From Auanema rhodensis (lineage: Eukaryota > Animalia > Nematoda), in NCBI GenBank assembly GCA_964057225.1, contig OZ059899.1:14880001-14944000 (forward strand): 64,000 nt of DNA, given 5' to 3'. The position numbers and the translations under genes were made by a program. Numbering within the stretch: the stretch's first letter is position 1; each line of letters begins with the position of its first letter. Under the pieces are notes generated by a model. The model was given only the letters and a program-made list of their open reading frames with translations. It made no database searches and was not told where the DNA came from. This document shows, one piece after another, positions 41,301-50,935 of this stretch.

Positions 41301-43422
41301 TCAAAATTCATCTACTAAAATCAAATAAAAATAGTTTGAGATTGGGTATTCAGATGTGTGGAATCTGAAATTCCTGGTGAGATTCCGCTAGGTCTTCTGA
41401 TTTTTCCGGAAAAGGGGTTTATACCGACTCCATCCACAAGATTTGTTCACAAAAAAGTTCAGGCTGTAGTCACGTTGTGCCCGGTGAATGATTGATTTCC
41501 TCAAAAATCATTTACTAAAATCAAATAAAAATAGTTTGAGATTGGGTATTCAGATGTGTAGAATCTGAATTTCCTGGTGAAATTTGGCTAGGTCTTCTGC
41601 TTTTTCCGGAAAAGGGGTTTATACCGACTCCATCCACAAGATTTGTTCACAAAAAAGTTCAGGCTGTAGTCACGTTGTCCCCGGTGAATGATTGATTTCC
41701 TCAAAATTCATCTACTAAAATCAAATAAAAATAGTTGGAGATTGGGTATTCAGATGTGTAGAATCTGAATTTTCTGGTGAGATTCGGCTAGGTCTTCTGC
41801 TTTTTCCGGAAAAGGGGTTTATACTGACTCCATCCACAAGATTTGTTCACAAAAAAGTTCAGGCTGTAGTCACGTTGTGCCCGGTGAATGATTGATTTCC
41901 TCAAAATTCATCTACTAAAATCAAATAAAAATAGTTGGAGATTGGGTATTCAGATGTGTAGAATCTGAATTTTCTGGTGAGATTCGGCTAGGTCTTCTGC
42001 TTTTTCCGGAAAACGGGTTTATACCGACTCCATCCACAAGATTTGTTCACAAAAAAGTTCAGGCTGTAGTCACGTTGTGCCCGGTGAATGATTGATTTCC
42101 TCAAAATTCATCTACTAAAATCAAATAAAAATAGTTGGAGATTGGGTATTCAGATGTGTAGAATCTGAATTTTCTGGTGAGATTCGGCTAGGTCTTCTGA
42201 TTTTTCCGGAAAAGGGGTTTATACCGACTCCATCCACAAGATTTGTTCACAAAAAAGTTCAGGCTGTAGTCACGTTGTGCCCGGTGAATGATTGATTTCC
42301 TCAAAATTCATCTACTAAAATCAAACAAAAATAGTTGGAGATTGGGTATTCAGATGTGTAGAATCTGAATTTTCTGGTGAGATTCGGCTAGGTCTTCTGC
42401 TTTTTCCGGAAAACGGGTTTATACCGACTCCATCCACAAGATTTGTTCACAAAAAAGTTCAGGCTGTAGTCACGTTGTGCCCGGTGAATGATTGATTTCC
42501 TCAAAATTCATCTACTAAAATCAAATAAAAATAGTTTGAGATTGGGTATTCAGATGTGTAGAATCTGAAATTCCTTGTGAGATTTGGCTAGGTCTTCTGC
42601 TTTTTCCGGAAAAGGGGTTTATACCGACTCCATCCACAAGATTTGTTCACAAAAAAGTTCAGGCTGTAGTCACGTTGTGCCCGGTGAATGATTGATTTCC
42701 TCAAAATTCATCTACTAAAATCAAATAAAAATAGTTTGAGATTGGGTATTCAGATGTGTAGAATCTGAAATTCCTTGTGAGATTTGGCTAGGTCTTCTGC
42801 TTTTTCCGGAAAAGGGGTTTATACTGACTCCATCCACAAGATTTGTTCACAAAAAAGTTCAGGCTGTAGTCACGTTGTGCCCGGTGAATGATTGATTTCC
42901 TCAAAATTCATCTACTAAAATCAAATAAAAATAGTTTGAGATTGGGTATTCAGATGTGTAGAATCTGAAATTCCTTGTGAGATTTGGCTAGGTCTTCTGC
43001 TTTTTCCGGAAAAGGGGTTTATACCGACTCCATCCACAAGATTTGTTCACAAAAAAGTTCAGGCTGTAGTCACGTTGTGCCCGGTGAATGATTGATTTCC
43101 TCAAAATTCATCTACTAAAATCAAATATAAATAGTTGGAGGTTGGGTATTCAGATGTGTAGAATCTGAATTTTCTGGTGAGATTCGGCTAGGTCTTCTGC
43201 TTTTTCCGGAAAAGGGGTTTATACCGACTCCATCCACAAGATTTGTTCACAAAAAAGTTCAGGCTGTAGTCACGTTGTGCCCGGTGAATGATTGATTTCC
43301 TCAAAAATCATTTACTAAAATCAAATAAAAATAGTTTGAGATTGGGTATTCAGATGTGTAGAATCTGAATTTTCTGGTGAGATTCGCCTAGGTCTTCTGC
43401 TTTTTCCGGTAAAGGGGTTTAT
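17316..43422 (+). repeat. 200-bp satellite DNA array, ~130 head-to-tail monomers
   Basis: Monomer TTGGGTATTCAGATGTGTAGAATCTGAA...TTTTCCGGAAAAGGGGTTTATACCGACTCCATCCACAAG...AAAATAGTTTGAGA recurs every 199-202 bp with locally homogenised variants. Confidence 0.99.
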
Positions 43423-43593
43423 GATTTTTGCACCATTTTGTGCTTTTTAGACTCATTTTTCAACGAAAAAGTGGGTTAGCTCATCGAAAATTAGTCATTT
43501 TTGAGAAACATCACTTTTTGGGCTGAACGTAGAAGTGACCATTCTGCCCACTTTCAATTTTTTACTTGTATTTATTGTTTTTATTGCTATTAA

Positions 43594-43800
43594 ATGAGCT
43601 TTTCGCAAAATCTTAAACCTCTGACAAATTATGATCTCATTGAATTAGTAGAATTATTAAAGATTAAGAACTTCCGGAGAATCTTTATATGAAACAATTT
43701 GCCGAATGAAGAAATTAAAGAAAGAGAAGTTGGTATTGTAAAACTGGATTCGTCTGAAGGTGAAGGTACTCATTGGGTTTGTTACTACAAAAAAAACTAG
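43594..43800 (+). pseudogene. Maverick/Polinton (adintovirus)-type adenain-like cysteine protease, N-terminal fragment, copy 1
   Basis: Translates MSFSQNLKPLTNYDLIELVELLKIKNFRRIFI*NNLPNEEIKEREVGIVKLDSSEGEGTHWVCYYKKN*; fits the family pattern PLsNxDi..lkIxNFRGvFmRdxLP...ExGIvNLDsS.g.GTHWV.y with catalytic His; in-frame TGA at 43690, ends before YFDSFG and the catalytic Cys. Confidence 0.82.
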
Positions 43801-43860
43801 ATAAACTTTATTTATTTGTAAACAAATAACTTACGACAACATCTACTTTGGAACAAAGAA

Positions 43861-44913
43861 TTAAACAGTAACCGAATATTTGCACTTAAAATCATAGCCT
43901 CCAAGACGAATAGTATCATTTTTCTGCTCGACTTTGACTTCTGGGTTACAGCCGGTAATGAAATCTGTGTTGAATTTGTCCCAGAGCTTGTCGACGTCGA
44001 GTTTTGCAATATGCTCCACAAAAAATTCCACATCAGCGATGACTTCCAGAAATTCGAGTGTCGAGTGAATGTACACTGAGTCATAGACTGATCGATGCTT
44101 TCTAAATTTATTTAATAGAGTTATAAGAGAAATAAAAGAATCAAAAATAAATTAAACTATATAAGCTTATTATTAAATAACTTACTTTTCTGCTTTGACC
44201 CAGATATCGCTTAACTTCCAAAAGATATTGATGGAGATTTCGGATCGCTGAAGGCTTTGGGTAAGAGCATATCGGAAACAAAACTTGAGAGCATCGAGCG
44301 ACCTGGGATCGATTCCTGAAACCTTCAGATAAATACCTCCAATAAGCAATAAATATACACAATGTTCTAATCAGACCGTTTCCAATATTTCTCTCTATCT
44401 CTATACTCTCTCACTTTTTCACACTACTCACTAGACATTATTGGATAAGAGTGTGCGAGAGAGTAGAAAAATACTGTATACGGGCTTTGGTTGATTTTCA
44501 AAGGAGGAAAAACGTGGTGAATATATACCTTCTCCGCAGGAAAGATACAGCTTCTTCACTGCATAAACCGCAGCGAACCACGTCTTTTCAGCTGACTGGA
44601 TCAGATCTGGAGGCTTCTGGTTGAAGAAGTGGCGTGCTCGCTCGATGAAAGTACTGGCGTTGTACTTCTGTATATCCTCTTGAAAAACAAAATATTTATT
44701 CTAAAAAGTGTTTGCCAACTTGTAGTTTTATTTTTAGAAATTAGCATTCATAAAAAAAACAAAAAAAACCTTAATAAATCATACCTTGGACTCCCAGCCT
44801 TCCAAATCATCGATAGTCAGGCCTTTCTCCTTAAGCTCTACGCAGAGTTCGTCAAAATGGGCTTCATTCACACAAATCAGCTCGCGACCATTAACCAAAA
44901 ATGTTTTCGGCAT
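43861..44913 (-). CDS. Intact 4-exon, 223-aa PaREP1-like HEPN-domain protein, copy 1 (exons 44913-44785, 44700-44529, 44315-44186, 44101-43861)
   Basis: TTTTCAG just before ATG; three GT..AG introns (84, 213, 84 bp) with matching phases 0/1/2 give a 672-nt open CDS; AATAAA ~50 nt after the stop; motifs FIERARHFF..DLIQSAEKTWFAAVYAVK, WVKAEKKHRSVYD, DVEFFVEHI resemble PaREP1/HEPN consensus (recognised by eye). Confidence 0.8.
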
Positions 44914-45504
44914 ATCTGAAAACAAAACTTTAGTTATTAAACATGAACGAAAAATACAAATATTTGGTTTGAAGCGACTAGACAGTAAAACATTTAGAGA
45001 GAGGAAATTCAATCAAAGGTAAATGAAATAGCAGAAATAGTTAGGGTTAGCGTCCCCTCTAGCCCAACGCGTTTGCGTGTCGTTTTGCGTGCGTATAGTT
45101 CAACTGGAGCAAATGTGTGATTGTGCTCGATCACAGTGAGGAAGAGAAAAGAATTGTTCACAAAAAAGTTCAGGCTGTAGTCACGTTGTGCCCGGTGAAT
45201 GATTGATTTCCTCAAAAATCATTTACTAAAATCAAATAAAAATAGTTTGAGATTGGGTATTCAGATGTGTAGAATCTGAATTTTCTGGTGAGATTCGCCT
45301 AGGTCTTCTGCTTTTTCCGGTAAAGGGGTTTATGATTTTTGCACCATTTTGTGCTTTTTAGACTCATTTTTCAACGAAAAAGTGGGTTAGCTCATCGAAA
45401 ATTAGTCATTTTTGAGAAACATCACTTTTTGGGCTGAACGTAGAAGTGACCATTCTGCCCACTTTCAATTTTTTACTTGTATTTATTGTTTTTATTGCTA
45501 TTAA

Positions 45505-45711
45505 ATGAGCTTTTCGCAAAATCTTAAACCTCTGACAAATTATGATCTCATTGAATTAGTAGAATTATTAAAGATTAAGAACTTCCGGAGAATCTTTATA
45601 TGAAACAATTTGCCGAATGAAGAAATTAAAGAAAGAGAAGTTGGTATTGTAAAACTGGATTCGTCTGAAGGTGAAGGTACTCATTGGGTTTGTTACTACA
45701 AAAAAAACTAG
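45505..45711 (+). pseudogene. Maverick-type protease fragment, copy 2
   Basis: Same sequence as copy 1 at +1911 including the internal stop. Confidence 0.8.
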
Positions 45712-45771
45712 ATAAACTTTATTTATTTGTAAACAAATAACTTACGACAACATCTACTTTGGAACAAAGAA

Positions 45772-46824
45772 TTAAACAGTAACCGAATATTTGCACTTAA
45801 AATCATAGCCTCCAAGACGAATAGTATCATTTTTCTGCTCGACTTTGACTTCTGGGTTACAGCCGGTAATGAAATCTGTGTTGAATTTGTCCCAGAGCTT
45901 GTCGACGTCGAGTTTTGCAATATGCTCCACAAAAAATTCCACATCAGCGATGACTTCCAGAAATTCGAGTGTCGAGTGAATGTACACTGAGTCATAGACT
46001 GATCGATGCTTTCTAAATTTATTTAATAGAGTTATAAGAGAAATAAAAGAATCAAAAATAAATTAAACTATATAAGCTTATTATTAAATAACTTACTTTT
46101 CTGCTTTGACCCAGATATCGCTTAACTTCCAAAAGATATTGATGGAGATTTCGGATCGCTGAAGGCTTTGGGTAAGAGCATATCGGAAACAAAACTTGAG
46201 AGCATCGAGCGACCTGGGATCGATTCCTGAAACCTTCAGATAAATACCTCCAATAAGCAATAAATATACACAATGTTCTAATCAGACCGTTTCCAATATT
46301 TCTCTCTATCTCTATACTCTCTCACTTTTTCACACTACTCACTAGACATTATTGGATAAGAGTGTGCGAGAGAGTAGAAAAATACTGTATACGGGCTTTG
46401 GTTGATTTTCAAAGGAGGAAAAACGTGGTGAATATATACCTTCTCCGCAGGAAAGATACAGCTTCTTCACTGCATAAACCGCAGCGAACCACGTCTTTTC
46501 AGCTGACTGGATCAGATCTGGAGGCTTCTGGTTGAAGAAGTGGCGTGCTCGCTCGATGAAAGTACTGGCGTTGTACTTCTGTATATCCTCTTGAAAAACA
46601 AAATATTTATTCTAAAAAGTGTTTGCCAACTTGTAGTTTTATTTTTAGAAATTAGCATTCATAAAAAAAACAAAAAAAACCTTAATAAATCATACCTTGG
46701 ACTCCCAGCCTTCCAAATCATCGATAGTCAGGCCTTTCTCCTTAAGCTCTACGCAGAGTTCGTCAAAATGGGCTTCATTCACACAAATCAGCTCGCGACC
46801 ATTAACCAAAAATGTTTTCGGCAT
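45772..46824 (-). CDS. PaREP1-like HEPN protein, copy 2 (exons 46824-46696, 46611-46440, 46226-46097, 46012-45772)
   Basis: Same exon-intron structure and protein as copy 1. Confidence 0.8.
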
Positions 46825-47415
46825 ATCTGAAAACAAAACTTTAGTTATTAAACATGAACGAAAAATACAAATATTTGGTTTGAAGCGACTAGACAGTAAA
46901 ACATTTAGAGAGAGGAAATTCAATCAAAGGTAAATGAAATAGCAGAAATAGTTAGGGTTAGCGTCCCCTCTAGCCCAACGCGTTTGCGTGTCGTTTTGCG
47001 TGCGTATAGTTCAACTGGAGCAAATGTATGATTGTGCTCGATCACAGTGAGGAAGAGAAAAGAATTGTTCACAAAAAAGTTCAGGCTGTAGTCACGTTGT
47101 GCCCGGTGAATGATTGATTTCCTCAAAAATCATTTACTAAAATCAAATAAAAATAGTTTGAGATTGGGTATTCAGATGTGTAGAATCTGAATTTTCTGGT
47201 GAGATTCGCCTAGGTCTTCTGCTTTTTCCGGTAAAGGGGTTTATGATTTTTGCACCATTTTGTGCTTTTTAGACTCATTTTTCAACGAAAAAGTGGGTTA
47301 GCTCATCGAAAATTAGTCATTTTTGAGAAACATCACTTTTTGGGCTGAACGTAGAAGTGACCATTCTGCCCACTTTCAATTTTTTACTTGTATTTATTGT
47401 TTTTATTGCTATTAA

Positions 47416-47622
47416 ATGAGCTTTTCGCAAAATCTTAAACCTCTGACAAATTATGATCTCATTGAATTAGTAGAATTATTAAAGATTAAGAACTTCCGGA
47501 GAATCTTTATATGAAACAATTTGCCGAATGAAGAAATTAAAGAAAGAGAAGTTGGTATTGTAAAACTGGATTCGTCTGAAGGTGAAGGTACTCATTGGGT
47601 TTGTTACTACAAAAAAAACTAG
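47416..47622 (+). pseudogene. Maverick-type protease fragment, copy 3
   Basis: Same sequence as copy 1 at +3822. Confidence 0.8.
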
Positions 47623-47682
47623 ATAAACTTTATTTATTTGTAAACAAATAACTTACGACAACATCTACTTTGGAACAAAGAA

Positions 47683-48736
47683 TTAAACAGTAACCGAATA
47701 TTTGCACTTAAAATCATAGCCTCCAAGACGAATAGTATCATTTTTCTGCTCGACTTTGACTTCTGGGTTACAGCCGGTAATGAAATCTGTGTTGAATTTG
47801 TCCCAGAGCTTGTCGACGTCGAGTTTTGCAATATGCTCCACAAAAAATTCCACATCAGCGATGACTTCCAGAAATTCGAGTGTCGAGTGAATGTACACTG
47901 AGTCATAGACTGATCGATGCTTTCTAAATTTATTTAATAGAGTTATAAGAGAAATAAAAGAATCAAAAATAAATTAAACTATATAAGCTTATTATTAAAT
48001 AACTTACTTTTCTGCTTTGACCCAGATATCGCTTAACTTCCAAAAGATATTGATGGAGATTTCGGATCGCTGAAGGCTTTGGGTAAGAGCATATCGGAAA
48101 CAAAACTTGAGAGCATCGAGCGACCTGGGATCGATTCCTGAAACCTTCAGATAAATACCTCCAATAAGCAATAAATATACACAATGTTCTAATCAGACCG
48201 TTTCCAATATTTCTCTCTATCTCTATACTCTCTCACTTTTTCACACTACTCACTAGACATTATTGGATAAGAGTGTGCGAGAGAGTAGAAAAATACTGTA
48301 TACGGGCTTTGGTTGATTTTCAAAGGAGGAAAAACGTGGTGAATATATACCTTCTCCGCAGGAAAGATACAGCTTCTTCACTGCATAAACCGCAGCGAAC
48401 CACGTCTTTTCAGCTGACTGGATCAGATCTGGAGGCTTCTGGTTGAAGAAGTGGCGTGCTCGCTCGATGAAAGTACTGGCGTTGTACTTCTGTATATCCT
48501 CTTGAAAAACAAAATATTTATTCTAAAAAGTGTTTGCCAACTTGTAGTTTTATTTTTAGAAATTAGCATTCATAAAAAAAACAAAAAAAAACCTTAATAA
48601 ATCATACCTTGGACTCCCAGCCTTCCAAATCATCGATAGTCAGGCCTTTCTCTTCAAACTTTACTCGGAGTTCATCAAAACGGGCTTCATTCACACAAAT
48701 CAGCTCGTCACCATCAACCAAAAATGTTTTCGGCAT
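47683..48736 (-). CDS. PaREP1-like HEPN protein, copy 3 with divergent exon 1 (exons 48736-48608, 48522-48351, 48137-48008, 47923-47683)
   Basis: Open and spliceable like copy 1; exon 1 reads MPKTFLVDGDELICVNEARFDELRVKFEEKGLTIDDLEGWESK. Confidence 0.8.
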
Positions 48737-48976
48737 ATCTGAAAACAAAACTTTAGTTATTAAACATGAACGAAAAATACAAATATTTGGTTTGAAGCGA
48801 CTAGACAGTAAAACATTTAGAGAGAGGAAATTCAATCAAAGGTAAATGAAATAGCAGAAATAGTTAGGGTTAGCGTCCCCTCTAGCCCAACGCGTTTGCG
48901 TGTCGTTTTGCGTGCGTATAGTTCAACTGGAGCAAATGTGTGATTGTGCTCGATCACAGTGAGGAAGAGAAAAGAA

Positions 48977-50157
48977 TTGTTCACAAAAAAGTTCAGGCTG
49001 TAGTCATGTTGTGCCCGGTGAATGATTGATTTACTCAAAAATCATTTACTAAAATCAAATAAAAACAGTTTGAGATTGGGTATTCAGATGTGTAGAATCT
49101 GAATTTTCTGGTGAGATTCGCCTAGGTCTTCTGCTTTTTCCGGAAAAGGGGTTTATACCGACTCCATCCACAAGATTTGTTCACAAAAAAGTTCAGGCTG
49201 TAGTCACGTTGTTCCCGGTGAATGATTGATTTTTTCAAAACTCATCTACAAAATTCAAACAAAAATAGTTTGACGTTGGGTATTCAGATGTGTAGAATCT
49301 GAATTTTTTGGTGAGATTCGGCTAGGTCTTCTGCTTTTTCCGGAAAAGGGGTTTATACCGAGACCATCCACAAGATTTGTTCACAAAAAAGTTTAGGCTT
49401 TAGTCACGTTCTGTTCCCTGAATGTTCGCTTTTCTCAAAATTCATCCACAAAATTCAAACAAAAATAGTTTGACGTTGGGTATTCAGATGTGTAGAATCT
49501 GAATTTTTTGGTGAGATTCGGCTAGGTCTTCTGCTTTTTCCGGAAAAGGGGTTTATACCGAGACCATCCACAAGATTTGTTCACAAAAAAGTTTAGGCTT
49601 TAGTCACGTTCTGTTCCCTGAATGTTCGCTTTTCTCAAAATTCATCCACAAAATTCAAACAAAAATAGTTTGACGTTGGGTATTCAGATGTGTAGAATCT
49701 GAATTTTCTGGTGAGATTCGGCTAGGTCTTCTGCTTTTTCCGGAAAAGGGGTTTATACCGACCCCATCCACAAGATTTGTTCACAAAAAAGTTCAGGCTG
49801 TAGTCACGTTTGGCCCGGTGAATGATTGATTTACTCAAAAATCATTTACTAAAATCAAATAAAAATAGTTTGACGTTGGGTATTCAGATGTGTAGAATCT
49901 GAATTTTCTGGTGAAATTCGGCTAGGTCTTCTGATTTTTCCGGAAAAGGGGTTTATACCGACTCCATCCACAAGATTTGTTCACAAAAAAGTTCAGGCTG
50001 TAGTCACGTTGTGCCCGGTGAATGATTGATTTACTGAAAAATCATTTACTAAAACCAAATAAAAATAGTTTGAGACTGGGTATTCAGATGTGTAGATTCT
50101 GAATTTCCTGGTGAGATTTGGTTACGAATTCTGTTTTTTCCGGAAAAGGGGTTTATA
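48977..50157 (+). repeat. Terminal block of ~6 more diverged 200-bp satellite monomers
   Basis: Same monomer with private variants (TTTGACGTTGGG, GAGACCATCC, TTTAGGCTTTAG); stops at ...AAAGGGGTTTATA. Confidence 0.97.
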
Positions 50158-50178
50158 AGGTCAGGCAGTACACACAAA

Positions 50179-50630
50179 TTACAAATTGCTCATACTAGAT
50201 CTTTTTTTTTTATATTTAAAATTGCCTGTGTTACATTACTGGTCTGTGATTAATTGAAAAACTCATATTTGCTTTTAAAGAGATTTATTTATACTATCAA
50301 TATAATAATAAAATTTAATAAAAGTTTTTTCATAACATTGTTTTCATTACATTTTATTATAAACAAACCGCTAATTTTTACAAACAAATTTAAAATATTG
50401 AGTGAAGTTTGGTCCATTTTACAATTAAAAATTTCAAAACACGGTTGTGTTCCATTTCATTTTTCCAATTCAGATTAATCAAATTAAATGTTTCAGTGCT
50501 TACTTGATTAAAGAAGTCGAAAAAAGTTGAATAAAAATGAGAAATAATTCAAATAATTAAAAGTAAGTTAACTAAATAAATTTCTATTTAATATAAGTAA
50601 GTTTATATATTATTTTATGAAATTAATAAA
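50179..50630 (+). repeat. Right copy of the 452-bp direct duplication
   Basis: Matches 15508-15959. Confidence 0.95.
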
Positions 50631-50935
50631 TTATTCGAATACGATATTCAGATTTTGTGCCTGTTAAACTTCTTTATTTAGAAATGAAATATTATGTCAA
50701 AGCAAGAATGTTACCCACTAATAGTTTGAACAAGTTGAACGAAATTTGAAAAGTAGTAACTCTGCTTGATTTCATTACTAAATTGGGAAAATGTACGTGA
50801 AGCGCCGTTTCCTATTCAACATCAATATTTTTGTGGGTGAAGTCCTAAGCATAGAAGTCTATTGAAGTTACTCCATGTGACCAGTATGTTTCTAACATTT
50901 TTCTTTTAAAAACCCATTATTACTTTTATAGATTT

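Larger units (their letters stand above)
43423..48976. repeat. Three tandem 1911/1912-bp units: ~1731-bp cassette (43423-45153, 45334-47064, 47245-48976) separated by 180 bp of satellite monomer
   Basis: ORF track repeats at +1911 and +3822/3823; spacers 45154-45333 and 47065-47244 are satellite monomers lacking ~20 bp. Confidence 0.97.
15960..50178. mobile_element. ~34.2 kb composite insertion (tRNA-like head, minisatellite, 200-bp satellite, 3 x Maverick-derived/HEPN-like cassette) bounded by the 452-bp direct repeat
   Basis: Abrupt change to repetitive content between the two copies of the duplication; no TIRs, integrase or polymerase found, so the element class is unresolved. Confidence 0.6.

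Noticed and set aside
17316-43422. CRISPR-like array
   Set aside because: No unique spacers, eukaryotic context, no cas genes; it is a tandem satellite
45040-45052. Telomere-like TTAGGGTTAGC in each cassette
   Set aside because: Under two units; expected by chance; no telomere tract
15960-50178. Intact autonomous Maverick/Polinton
   Set aside because: No pPolB, integrase, ATPase, capsid, TIRs or 6-bp TSD visible; only a protease fragment
15508-50630. LTR retrotransposon with 452-bp LTRs
   Set aside because: No TG..CA ends, PBS, PPT or gag/pol; the repeat is continuous with the myosin 3' UTR on the left and TTC5 upstream DNA on the right
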